From Spirochaetia bacterium (GTDB taxonomy: Bacteria; Spirochaetota; Spirochaetia; DSM-2461): DNA of 64,000 nucleotides. The DNA is taken from contig OY764216.1 in assembly GCA_963668315.1 (NCBI GenBank), positions 1 to 64,000 of the forward strand, given 5' to 3'. This document shows, one piece after another, positions 20,552 to 29,971 of the stretch. The first letter of the stretch is position 1; the number at the start of each line of letters is the position of its first letter. A program made the position numbers and the translations under genes. Below the pieces are notes generated by a model, which saw only the letters and a list, made by a program, of their open reading frames with translations, had not been told where the DNA came from and did not search any database.

Positions 20552-23230
20552 TTACCCCAGTTCATATCTGACGGTATAGGATCCCGATCCGGCTTCCGCT
20601 TCGGGATTCCCTTCACGGTCTGTAAACGTCAGCCCGTCCGATTCCAGAACCGAGGCGTTATCCATCAGGCGGATCAGGGCAGCGGCATTTGCCGGAATAC
20701 AGACTTGCAGCCGGATAATTTTTCCGCCCTTTTCCGATACCCCTTCAACATCCCATCGGACGGCAACCCGCCCGTATACCGACCGATAGCTGCTCTCAAC
20801 ATATTCCAGCTCCCCTCCTATCCTCGGGGCCACAATCGTGCGGGCGTATCCGGGGGCCCTTTCATCAATCTCTAATCCGGCGGCGACCCGGTACAGCCAC
20901 TCCCCTATCGCTCCGTAGGCATAGTGATTGAAGGAGTTCATATCGGGGCTCCACATGGAGCCGTCCGGCCTGATGCCGTCCCAGTGCTCCCAGATGGTGG
21001 TGGCTCCCTTCTTCACCTGATACAGCCAGGAGGGGAAGTCCTCCTTCAATACAAGGTCATAGGCCTCCTTCAGGCATCCGTGGGAACTGAGGGCATGGCA
21101 GAAATTGGGAGTCCCCACAAATCCGGTGACCAGGCAGCCGTTATGTTCGGCCAGGAGCTTCTTCAGCGCTTCGATCGTCCGGGGGACATACTCTTCGGGG
21201 GCGAGATGAAAGTGCAGAGCCAGGATATGGGCTGTCTGGGTTTGGGCCGTCATGTTCCCCTGATTATCGAAAAAGGTTTCCCGGAAGGTCCGGACAATCT
21301 CGCGGTGATACCCTTCATACTCTTCGGCCAGCCTCTCTCTGCCCAGAACGCGGGCCGCCTTCACAAAAAGCTCCGTGGAATGGGCGAAATAGGCCGTGCA
21401 GGTCAGCTCATTGGGGGTGGCGCCGAAATAGCTCCCCTCCTCGGCGTCCAGGGCGACCCAGTCTCCGAACTGCAGCCGGTAGTTCCATATGTTTCCTTCG
21501 GCGTGGCTTCTCATGAAATCGATCCACCCCTTCATGCTGTCGAACTGGGTTTCCAGAATCGTCCTGTCCCCGTAGGTGAGATAGAGATCCCAGGGGACAA
21601 TGACCGCCGCATCACCCCAGGCGGCCGCCGAATGGGTCCCCCTGTTCAGAAGCCAGTCGTCAAAGGAGTACTTGGCCAGAACGTCGGGAACGACATGGGG
21701 TACGCCCCCCTCCTCCGTCTGATCCAGGGCCAGATCCCTCAGCCACTTGCTGAAGAAATGATAGGTGTTCCCATTGAAATCGGCGGTGCGGGAAAAAATC
21801 TGGGCATCCCCCGTCCATCCGAGTCTCTCGTCCCTCTGGGGACAATCGGTCGGCACATCCACGAAATTGCTCTTCATTCCCCAGCGGATATTCTCCTGCA
21901 GCCGGTTAATACCGGGGTGGGAACATGCGAAGCTGCCGGTTCTCTCCATATCGGAGTGGACGGCATAGGCGCCGAAGTTATCCAGATCGGCCCGGCCGCA
22001 GAAGGATTCCACTTGGATGAACCGGAATCCGAAGAAGGAGAAACCGGGCCGATAGCAGAAGGGCTCAGAGTCCCTGACCGTATAGCTAATCGTCTGGGCG
22101 GCCTTCCTCAGGTTCTCCCTATAGACATTGCCGTCCCTGTCGAGAACTTCAAAGCATCTCAGAACGATCTTATCCCCCGCCTTTCCCTGTCCCCTTATCT
22201 CGGGGAGGGCCGACATGTTCTGCCCGAAATCGATAACCCTTTCTCCCTTTGGCGTAAAGAAAGCCAGCTTGGGGGCCACATAGTCATTCAGACAGACGGG
22301 AGAGCCCGTCTGGGGTTCGATTCTCTCCGAAGTGCAGGGACAGGCCCGGGCCTGCTTCCAGGACGAATCATCAAGGCCCGGAAGGTTCCAGCCGTCCTGC
22401 TCAAGGAAAGCATCATAGGTCTCCCCGTCATAGATCTGGGCATGGACAACGGGGCTGTAAGTTCCCCGCCAGCTTTCATCGGTATAAAGAGTCTCCCCCG
22501 TTCCGTCCTCGTAGGTCAGATCCATCCGGAGGGAAAGGGAAGCGTAATCGCCGTAGAAATTGTGGATATGGAGGAAACTTATGGTACCCTTGTACCATCC
22601 CGCTCCCAGGTGGGCTCCCACCGCGTTGACTCCTTCCCGGACATATTCCGTCACATCATAACTCTGATAGAGCAGCCGACGATCGTAGCTAGTCCAGCCC
22701 GGAGCCAGCTCGTCTTCCGATACTTTCTGACCGTTGAGGAACAGCCTGTACAGTCCCTGAGCGGTGGAGAATATCCGGGCAGACCGGACCGGTTTACCGA
22801 CGGAGAATTCCTTTCGGAGATAGGTTCCCCGGGATTTTTCAATATCCCCCTCCCCTTCCGCCGTAATGAAATGGGTCTTCAGTTCTCCGGGCTCCTTCAG
22901 ACCTCCCAGCATGGGCACGGCCCGGCTGAATCCGGTGGTAACGGTCCCCTCGCCATCCGCGTCGGTCACAGCCCTGACCCGGGCGTAACAGAGCATACCT
23001 TCCTCCGGGACGAATCCGTCGGCCCGCACGTAGGCCGATCGGCTTGAATCGACAAGGCCGGAGTCAAAAAGAAGATCGCCGAAAGATCCATCCCGCCCTA
23101 TCTGCAGCTGATACTGCTTTTGACGGCAGTTGCGAAAGGAGGAGCCGATGGTCCAGGAAAAGCGGGGCGACTCGGTGATACCGGCTATCCTGTCCAGATA
23201 GTTTGCTTTCAGACTCAGTATTTCAGACAT
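20552..23230 (-). CDS. Alpha-L-rhamnosidase, GH78
   Basis: 'PTDCPQRDERLGWTGD', 'DFGQN', 'GATTIWEHW', 'MNSFNHYA'. Confidence 0.93.
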   Translation of the reverse strand: MSEILSLKANYLDRIAGITESPRFSWTIGSSFRNCRQKQYQLQIGRDGSFGDLLFDSGLVDSSRSAYVRADGFVPEEGMLCYARVRAVTDADGEGTVTTGFSRAVPMLGGLKEPGELKTHFITAEGEGDIEKSRGTYLRKEFSVGKPVRSARIFSTAQGLYRLFLNGQKVSEDELAPGWTSYDRRLLYQSYDVTEYVREGVNAVGAHLGAGWYKGTISFLHIHNFYGDYASLSLRMDLTYEDGTGETLYTDESWRGTYSPVVHAQIYDGETYDAFLEQDGWNLPGLDDSSWKQARACPCTSERIEPQTGSPVCLNDYVAPKLAFFTPKGERVIDFGQNMSALPEIRGQGKAGDKIVLRCFEVLDRDGNVYRENLRKAAQTISYTVRDSEPFCYRPGFSFFGFRFIQVESFCGRADLDNFGAYAVHSDMERTGSFACSHPGINRLQENIRWGMKSNFVDVPTDCPQRDERLGWTGDAQIFSRTADFNGNTYHFFSKWLRDLALDQTEEGGVPHVVPDVLAKYSFDDWLLNRGTHSAAAWGDAAVIVPWDLYLTYGDRTILETQFDSMKGWIDFMRSHAEGNIWNYRLQFGDWVALDAEEGSYFGATPNELTCTAYFAHSTELFVKAARVLGRERLAEEYEGYHREIVRTFRETFFDNQGNMTAQTQTAHILALHFHLAPEEYVPRTIEALKKLLAEHNGCLVTGFVGTPNFCHALSSHGCLKEAYDLVLKEDFPSWLYQVKKGATTIWEHWDGIRPDGSMWSPDMNSFNHYAYGAIGEWLYRVAAGLEIDERAPGYARTIVAPRIGGELEYVESSYRSVYGRVAVRWDVEGVSEKGGKIIRLQVCIPANAAALIRLMDNASVLESDGLTFTDREGNPEAEAGSGSYTVRYELG

Positions 23231-23258
23231 GGAGATTCTCCTTAAAGTGCTGGGGACG

Positions 23259-24098
23259 TCAGCCCTTGACGGCGCCGCCCATCATTCCCGAGACAAGCTG
23301 CCTCTGGAAGAAGATGAAGATAACCAGCGGGATTATCGTGATGACCACCACATTGGCGAACAGCAGATTCCACTGGGAGCTGAACTGACTGATAAAGGAG
23401 TAGAGCGTCAGGGGAGCCGTGATATTCTTCGCACCGGGAAGGAAGTAAAGCGGTCCGACGAAATCATTGAAAATATTCACCGAGCTCGTGACGACGACTG
23501 TCACGATGGAAGGTTTGAGCAGAGGAAGAATCACGGAGAAAAAGATCTTCAGCGGCGTGGCCCCGTCGATAAAGGAAGCCTCGTCCAGGTCCCGGGGTAT
23601 GGCGGTCATGGCCGTTCGGAAGATCACCGTCGCAAAGGGCATGAAGCAGGCCACATCGATCAGGATCATGCCGAACATGGTTTTGTATATGCCCAGACGG
23701 CGCAGCAGGAAGACGGTGGGTACCACCGACGGGGGAATCATGAGCCCCGCCACCAGAACGGCCATGAGAATTGTCGCCGCCCTGTCATCCTTCCGCTGGG
23801 CGACAAAGGCGAAAAGGGCGGCGAAAATAACGATCAGAATGACGGACCCGACGGTCAGCAGGGAGCTGTTCATAAGAGCCCTGAACATCCGGTAATCCCC
23901 GTAGGCGATAACCTCCCTGAGGTTCTGCCAGAGCATGAAGTTCTCGGGCAGGCTGAATTTCAGCAGAGCCGCCTCCGGACCGGTTTTGGAGGCCATCAGA
24001 AGGATATAGATGAAGGGGATGATAAAGACAACGGCCATGACGGCGAATACGAGGAGATTGGCCAGGCTGCCGGTTATACGGGATTTCATGCTTTTCAT
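23259..24098 (-). CDS. Carbohydrate ABC transporter permease
   Basis: 'IPRDLDEASFIDGA' EAA loop; C-terminal 'QRQLVSGMMGGAVKG'. Confidence 0.92.
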   Translation of the reverse strand: MKSMKSRITGSLANLLVFAVMAVVFIIPFIYILLMASKTGPEAALLKFSLPENFMLWQNLREVIAYGDYRMFRALMNSSLLTVGSVILIVIFAALFAFVAQRKDDRAATILMAVLVAGLMIPPSVVPTVFLLRRLGIYKTMFGMILIDVACFMPFATVIFRTAMTAIPRDLDEASFIDGATPLKIFFSVILPLLKPSIVTVVVTSSVNIFNDFVGPLYFLPGAKNITAPLTLYSFISQFSSQWNLLFANVVVITIIPLVIFIFFQRQLVSGMMGGAVKG

Positions 24099-24973
24099 AG
24101 CTCAATCTCCTTGCTGTTGAAAAATCGCCGCAGGGGATAGATGAGGATCGTCACCATAAGGAAGAGAATCACGTTCCCCGCCGTGGACAGTCCGTAGAAT
24201 CCGGCCTGGTACTGTTTGTAGATAACGGATGTAAGGACGTCGGAGGCGAAGCCCGGACCTCCCCCGGTCATGGCCCATATGAGATCGAAGGTCCTGAGAC
24301 CGCCGATGAATGACAGAAGAATAACGGTAAAAGTGGAGTTTCTCGACAGGGGAATAATCACGTGGCGGAATTTTATCCAGAATCCCCCCTCCAGTTTGAC
24401 CGCGTCAAAATAGTCCTGGGGTATGGCCAGAATTCCGGCCATAAAAATCACCGTGGCGATTCCCAGGCCCTTCCAGACATCCACAAAAATAACCGAGAAA
24501 AGGGCCAGCTTCGGGTTCCCCAGCCAGTCGGGCCCCTTTATCCCCAGATGTCCCAGAACCACATTGATGACTCCCGTATTAGGCTGCATCAGCATGGAGA
24601 AGGTGATTCCCACCGCGATGGTGCTTATCAGAACGGGAAAGAATACCACGCTGCGGTAAAACCCTTTGAACCTGATGCCCGAAGTCAGCAGCACGGCCAC
24701 GGGAAGGGCGATAATCGTCTTGAAACCGCTGGTAAGGATCGCATAGATAAAGGTGTTTTTAAATCCTATGGAGAGCATGGGATCGGAAAGGAAAGAGATA
24801 TAGTTCTCCAGACCGATAAAGTCCGCGTCGAATATGGTCCAGCGGGTCATACTGTAATAGAAGGCCGATAAGGTGGGCAGTATGAAAAAAATGCCGAATG
24901 TCAGGATGGCAGGCAGATAAAACCAGTTCGGATAGGCACGTACGAGAGTCTTTGACTTTGCTTTGCTTTTCAT
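24095..24973 (-). CDS. Carbohydrate ABC transporter permease
   Basis: 'FIGLENY', 'YFDAVKLEG', 'MTGGGPG'; start placed at MKSKAKS. Confidence 0.9.
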   Translation of the reverse strand: MKSKAKSKTLVRAYPNWFYLPAILTFGIFFILPTLSAFYYSMTRWTIFDADFIGLENYISFLSDPMLSIGFKNTFIYAILTSGFKTIIALPVAVLLTSGIRFKGFYRSVVFFPVLISTIAVGITFSMLMQPNTGVINVVLGHLGIKGPDWLGNPKLALFSVIFVDVWKGLGIATVIFMAGILAIPQDYFDAVKLEGGFWIKFRHVIIPLSRNSTFTVILLSFIGGLRTFDLIWAMTGGGPGFASDVLTSVIYKQYQAGFYGLSTAGNVILFLMVTILIYPLRRFFNSKEIEL

Positions 24974-25000
24974 AATTCTCTTCCTGGATATGAACGGATA

Positions 25001-25025
25001 CCCCGCAGACGGGCTGTCTGCGGGG
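25001..25025. other. Intergenic hairpin between the SBP and permease genes
   Basis: CCCCGCAGAC-gggct-GTCTGCGGGG perfect 10-bp stem. Confidence 0.7.
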
Positions 25026-25049
25026 AAACGGTGTGATAGAGGCAGAATC

Positions 25050-26354
25050 CTACCAGCCGGCCAGCCCCAGCTGCTTGGCCTGATTGGCCACGTCCTTGTC
25101 ATAGTTGGCGGCGGCCTCTTCGGGGGACATCTGTCCCGTTCCGACGGCAACGCAGAACTGCTCAAGCCGGGGCCCCTTAACGGGAGAGAGGAACTCCAGG
25201 GCGGGAGCGGAATTGCCCGCGTCGATATAGGAAGAGATATCGATAACCGCGGGCAGTACGGATGCGGGCATCTTGGCTCCTTTCACAAGATAGGGACCGG
25301 AGGGGGGAATCTTGCTGTTAAGAGCATCGATGCCTTCGGGAGAAACGGAGAAAGCCAGGAATTTCTTGGCCGCCTCCAGCTTGGCCCCGGTAGTTGTCCG
25401 GGGAACATAGTTGGCAGAAAGCATCCAGATGGTCGCCCCGTTCTTGGCGGCGCTGCTGCCGGGCTGGGCGAAGAAACCGATGTCCTGGGCTTTATCGGGC
25501 CAGTTGGTCACGATGTTGGTCAGGGCAAAGGAGAGCATGGGATAGTGGGCGCCCTGACCGTTGGCCAGCATATCGAGCCCCTGGTTGTACTTGGCTGTGG
25601 CGAATCCATCCTGATACCAGCCCTTGTCAAAACCTTCTTTGAGGTGTTTGAATCCGGCCAGGGCGGCGGGAGTCGTGGCGAATTTCACCTTGTTGGCCGT
25701 ATACTGCTCGGCGAAGTCCGCATCGGCGGCCTGAATATTATAGTAGTCGGCCAGAACAAAAAGCTGGGAAGTCCAGGTATCCCCGTAGGTGGCGATAACG
25801 GGAGCGATGCCGGCAGCCTTGATCTTCTCATTATTGGCGGCGAATTCGGCCCATGATTTGGGAATGCTCAGTCCCAGTTCCTCATAGACCTTCTTATTAT
25901 ACAGGATTCCTCCGCCCATGGCGGTCTGGTTGGGAACGCCGAATACCTTATTTCCCTGGGAAACGGTCATTTTGAAAGCGTCGTCCACAACATCCATAAA
26001 GGATTCTCCGGAAAGATCGACCAGTGTTTCCGAAGGGTTCAGAGCCTGAAGCAGAGAACCGGCATTATAGTAGAACATATCGGTCATCTCTTCGGTGGCC
26101 AGACGGGTTTTTACGATATTGTCACCGTCGCTTCCGCCGGCCCGGAGCTCCATTTCAAAAATGATATCCGGATTCCGGGCGGTAAAAGCATCGGTCAGAG
26201 CTTTGGCCTGCTCCTGGTCGGTTCCGCTGGCTACCAGGTAGGTCATGGTGATGGGCCCCTGGGGTTCAGCGGATTTGGCGTCGTTTTTTCCATTGGCAAA
26301 CAGCAATGAAACAAGCATCATAACGAATACAATCAAAACCGATTTTCTCATCAT
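25050..26354 (-). CDS. Carbohydrate ABC transporter solute-binding protein (likely rhamnose-containing oligosaccharides)
   Basis: 'LLFANG' signal peptide; 'GGILYNKKVYEELGL.IPKSW'; in an operon with GH78. Confidence 0.9.
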   Translation of the reverse strand: MMRKSVLIVFVMMLVSLLFANGKNDAKSAEPQGPITMTYLVASGTDQEQAKALTDAFTARNPDIIFEMELRAGGSDGDNIVKTRLATEEMTDMFYYNAGSLLQALNPSETLVDLSGESFMDVVDDAFKMTVSQGNKVFGVPNQTAMGGGILYNKKVYEELGLSIPKSWAEFAANNEKIKAAGIAPVIATYGDTWTSQLFVLADYYNIQAADADFAEQYTANKVKFATTPAALAGFKHLKEGFDKGWYQDGFATAKYNQGLDMLANGQGAHYPMLSFALTNIVTNWPDKAQDIGFFAQPGSSAAKNGATIWMLSANYVPRTTTGAKLEAAKKFLAFSVSPEGIDALNSKIPPSGPYLVKGAKMPASVLPAVIDISSYIDAGNSAPALEFLSPVKGPRLEQFCVAVGTGQMSPEEAAANYDKDVANQAKQLGLAGW

Positions 26355-26574
26355 AAAGTATCTCCTTAACTTTCAATTGTTTTCGTTTTAATATGTTTTT
26401 GCGAATCTGTCAAATTCTTTTTTGTTTATTATTGACCGCTCCGGCAGCGATCATTGTCTCATTTGGACCTAATTTCCCCTTCGATCCGGGCTAAGGAAAG
26501 GGGGTGATTCATACATAGGGATCTTTCTTTTTTCTATAATTACTACTTTTTTTATAGTTTTTACTTCCCTTTAT

Positions 26575-26589
26575 TACTAATTAGTAGTA
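26575..26589. promoter_or_regulatory. Putative repressor operator upstream of wrbA
   Basis: TACTAATTAGTA palindrome, also reads TACT-N7-AGTA; about 37 bp upstream of the ATG. Confidence 0.45.
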
Positions 26590-26625
26590 TATTCGGTTCA
26601 TAAGATTTCCAAGGAGATATCAAGT

Positions 26626-27231
26626 ATGAAAATAGCAGTAGTTTTTTATTCGACCTACGGACACATATATGAAATGGCAAAAAAAGCAGCAGAAGGGGCC
26701 AAGGAAGCCGGGGCTGAAGTGGACCTTCTCAAGGTGCCCGAGACTCTCAGCCCTGAAATAGTCGAGGCTCTGGGTGCGACGGAAGCGCAGAAAGTCTTTG
26801 CCGATGTAACGGGAGCCAAAGTAGAGGAACTTCCCTCATATGACGGGTTCATCTTTGCCTTCCCCACAAGGTTCGGCAACATGCCCGCCCAGTTCAAGGC
26901 TTTCCTTGACGCCACAGGCCAGCTGTGGGCCCAGGGTAAACTGACGGGTAAACCCTTCGGTTTGATCACGTCCTCGGCAACCCAGCATGGAGGGCAGGAA
27001 ACCACCCTGCTCACATCTCTGGTTCCTTTCATTCATCACGGAATGATTTTTGTCGGACTACCCCAGACCGATCCGGCCTTATCCGACGTGACGGCGGTGG
27101 GAGGAGGTTCCTATTACGGAGCATCCACCATTACCGGTGGAGACGGCTCGCGGATGCCCGATGAGAGGGAAAAGGGCCTGGCGGCCACCCTGGGAAAAAG
27201 AGTGGCCGTTGTCGCCGGAAAGTTAAGATAA
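26626..27231 (+). CDS. wrbA: NAD(P)H:quinone oxidoreductase WrbA
   Basis: 'FYSTYGH', 'VPETL', 'PTRFGNM', 'TQHGGQETT', 'GGSYYGA'. Confidence 0.95.
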   Translation: MKIAVVFYSTYGHIYEMAKKAAEGAKEAGAEVDLLKVPETLSPEIVEALGATEAQKVFADVTGAKVEELPSYDGFIFAFPTRFGNMPAQFKAFLDATGQLWAQGKLTGKPFGLITSSATQHGGQETTLLTSLVPFIHHGMIFVGLPQTDPALSDVTAVGGGSYYGASTITGGDGSRMPDEREKGLAATLGKRVAVVAGKLR

Positions 27232-27248
27232 CTCGCCCCCGACTATAT

Positions 27249-27280
27249 AAAAAGAGCGGCATAAGGGCCGCTCTTTTTTT
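27249..27280. terminator. Bidirectional intrinsic terminator between convergent wrbA and MATE genes
   Basis: AAAAAGAGCGGC-ataagg-GCCGCTCTTTTT; A tract on one side and T tract on the other. Confidence 0.85.
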
Positions 27281-27296
27281 GTGCTGTACTCTTTCC

Positions 27297-28652
27297 CTAG
27301 GAAGCCAGCTCGACCGATTCTACCCGGTTCCACATCCGCCTGTTAATGCGGAAGAAAAGAAAAGCCGCCATAAAAAGGGAGAAGAAGTCGGCCACGGGCT
27401 GGGCAAAGACAATCCCGGTCAGTCCCAGGGTTCTGTCCAAAATAATCAGCATCGGCAGGAAGACGAGACCCTGTCGGCTCACGGAGAGGATGAGGGATTC
27501 CTTGGCCGCTCCGACGGCCTGAAGGGCGTTCATAAAGACAAAAAGAATTCCGAGGACAGGACCGGTGAGAAGGAGTACTTTCACAAAATCCGTACCAAAA
27601 CTGTAAACTTCGGGGGAATCGATGAAGGCCCTGACAATGACCCCGGCGCTGATCCGGCAGGCAACCGTAAGGACAAGCCCCATACCGACCGTATAGAGGA
27701 GTGAAACTTTGAGAATGGACATGAAGCGTGCGCGGTTTCTGGCTCCGTAATTAAAACCGAAGAGGGGCTGAACCCCCACGCCCAGTCCTATCTGCAGAAG
27801 GGCCACGATCATGGCGACCTTCATGGCCACTCCCATGGCCGCCACCTGGATATCCCCGTAGTGCACCAGGAAATTATTGAGGATGATATTGGAAGCACTC
27901 ATGAGGACATTATTCAGGGCTGCCGGTATGCCTATGGCCAGAACGCCGGTGAGGATCTTATCCCCCATTTTAAAATCCCGGGGAGAAAGGGAGAGGACCG
28001 TCGTTTTCCTGAGGATATAGTAGACAAAATAGACGCAGCCCGCCACATTTCCGATGAGCGTCGCCCAGGCGGCTCCCGCGACACCCATATCCATGGATAA
28101 AATCATGATGGGATCGAGGATGATATTGACCACCGTACCTATCATCATACCCACCATGGCCTCCTTGGCTTTGCCCTCGGCTCTGACGATATTGCTGAAA
28201 GCCGTGGAAAGGATGACAAAGGGGGCGCTGGGCGCCACAACAACCAGATAATCCCGGGCAAAGGGCGCCGTATCGGCACTGGAGCCGATTAATTTGAGAA
28301 TGATGGTCATGAGTCCCAGAAAAAGGGAGAGCATCACGACGCCGGCGACCAGGGAGGCATAGAAACAGAAAGACGAGACATGTTTGGCATATTCCGGCCT
28401 TCTGGCCCCCAGAGCGCGTGAGATAACCGAAGTCCCGCCCACGCCGATAAGGTTTCCCGTCGCCATGAACAGGAGGAACACCGGCATGGTCAGCGAAACG
28501 GCGGCCACCTGGAGGGGATCCCCTATCTGGCCGACGAAATAGGTGTCGGCGATGTTGTAGATGAGTACAACGACCATTCCGATGATGGTGGGAATGGCGC
28601 TCTTCAGTATGGCCTGGGGAACAGGCATTTTTTCAAAAATATGATTTTCCAT
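27297..28652 (-). CDS. MATE family efflux transporter (MepA-like)
   Basis: 'IYNIADTYFVG', 'NIILDPI', 'GVAGAAWAT', 'QPLFGFNYGA'. Confidence 0.92.
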   Translation of the reverse strand: MENHIFEKMPVPQAILKSAIPTIIGMVVVLIYNIADTYFVGQIGDPLQVAAVSLTMPVFLLFMATGNLIGVGGTSVISRALGARRPEYAKHVSSFCFYASLVAGVVMLSLFLGLMTIILKLIGSSADTAPFARDYLVVVAPSAPFVILSTAFSNIVRAEGKAKEAMVGMMIGTVVNIILDPIMILSMDMGVAGAAWATLIGNVAGCVYFVYYILRKTTVLSLSPRDFKMGDKILTGVLAIGIPAALNNVLMSASNIILNNFLVHYGDIQVAAMGVAMKVAMIVALLQIGLGVGVQPLFGFNYGARNRARFMSILKVSLLYTVGMGLVLTVACRISAGVIVRAFIDSPEVYSFGTDFVKVLLLTGPVLGILFVFMNALQAVGAAKESLILSVSRQGLVFLPMLIILDRTLGLTGIVFAQPVADFFSLFMAAFLFFRINRRMWNRVESVELAS

Positions 28653-28658
28653 CTTCAG

Positions 28659-29087
28659 TTAATCCTTAAAATTTTCATAGACTTTCTCGAGAAGGCGCAC
28701 AAGCTCTTCCTTCTCCTGCTTATTGAGCCCCTCCATCAGAAGGGTCTCCATCTTTTCCCTGAAGAATTTCATATCCTTGTGGATTGCCTTCTCCTTCGGA
28801 GCCAGCTCAACGATTTTCATTCTCCGGTCCCCGTCATCGGTCCGGGTGGTAATAAGTTCCTTCTGTTCGAGCCTCTTAATTATCCCCACGGTGGTGGGGT
28901 GGGTTATTTCAAAATAGGCCTGCAGGTCCTTCTGCGTCGTAACAAGCCCCTCCCTGTCGTGGAGGTATCCCAGAAAGCGTCCCTGCTTTACGGTTATCCC
29001 GTGATTTTCCAGTTCATAATTCGCTTTTTTCTTGATTTTATTATTGATCAGACCGATCAAGTACCCCACGTCACCATGTTTCCCCAT
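28659..29087 (-). CDS. MarR family regulator
   Basis: 'TQKDL...ITHPTTVGIIKRLEQKELI...DGDRR'; directly upstream of the MATE gene. Confidence 0.92.
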   Translation of the reverse strand: MGKHGDVGYLIGLINNKIKKKANYELENHGITVKQGRFLGYLHDREGLVTTQKDLQAYFEITHPTTVGIIKRLEQKELITTRTDDGDRRMKIVELAPKEKAIHKDMKFFREKMETLLMEGLNKQEKEELVRLLEKVYENFKD

Positions 29088-29100
29088 GGAAACCTCTTTT

Positions 29101-29144
29101 ATGTAGCATGCTACATTAATAGAAAAAACCCGCCATTAAGTCAA
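29101..29144 (-). promoter_or_regulatory. Promoter and palindromic operator of the marR-MATE operon
   Basis: Perfect 16-bp palindrome ATGTAGCATGCTACAT (29101-29116); minus-strand TTGACT-17 bp-TATTAA immediately upstream. Confidence 0.7.
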
Positions 29145-29185
29145 GCCTGATGAAAAGGGGACAGCCGATCCTCCCGGGATCCGGC

Positions 29186-29806
29186 CTACTCCACCCTGAG
29201 AAACTCTTTCCTGTCCTTATCGTAGTTGAATACTTCTCCCGTTTCGATGATGTAGTACCATCCGTAAATATTGATGCTCCTTTCGCGGTATTTCTCTTTG
29301 ATGTAGGGATAGGTAATGAGGTGATTCATCTGCTCGATAATGTTCAGCTGCTCGGTCATCCACTCCCTCTCGCGGGGGTCAGTGATTCCGCTGGCTTCGA
29401 TCTTCTCCTTGACCCGGCCGGATAGCTCCAGCCAGTGCTTTGTGTGGGGCAGACGGTCCAGATTCTTCTCATTTTCAAAAAGGGCGTTGCACCCGCCGCA
29501 ATTGGAGTGACCGCATACAACGATATTGTCGACTTCCAGCACCTGCACAGCGTACTCAATGGCCGACGTGGTGGCCAGATACTCTTCGGCAAGACGGTAG
29601 TAGGGAACGACATTGGCGATATTTCTGACAATAAACAGTTCTCCCGGCAGGGTTTTCGTGATAAGAGAGGGGACGACCCGGGAATCGGAACAGCCGATAA
29701 AAAGCGTATGGGGCGTCTGTTTCCTGCCGATTTTTTCAAAAAGATCCTTATGCTCGTGAAAATCTTTCGTATTAAATTCTTTAATCCCGTCAAATAGTTC
29801 ATCCAT
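29186..29806 (-). CDS. Beta-class carbonic anhydrase
   Basis: Zn motifs 'GCSDSRV' and 'CGHSNCGG'; 'PGELFIVRNIAN'. Confidence 0.94.
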   Translation of the reverse strand: MDELFDGIKEFNTKDFHEHKDLFEKIGRKQTPHTLFIGCSDSRVVPSLITKTLPGELFIVRNIANVVPYYRLAEEYLATTSAIEYAVQVLEVDNIVVCGHSNCGGCNALFENEKNLDRLPHTKHWLELSGRVKEKIEASGITDPREREWMTEQLNIIEQMNHLITYPYIKEKYRERSINIYGWYYIIETGEVFNYDKDRKEFLRVE

Positions 29807-29971
29807 AGTTCTATTTTTCTCTATTCTTTCCTTTTTTTCAATATCCTACCGGGATACTGGGAAAGGGAGAAGACAAGTCCGGCCTTTTCCTTGCATTTCC
29901 CCCCGCAGTCTTCTATTATTCAGATATATACAAAATATATTTCAATTTATGAAATGAAGGTTTAGACATCA

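Noticed and set aside
20924..23047. 707-aa plus-strand ORF
   Set aside because: Antisense shadow of the GH78 gene, with no recognisable motifs; long antisense frames are expected from this codon bias.
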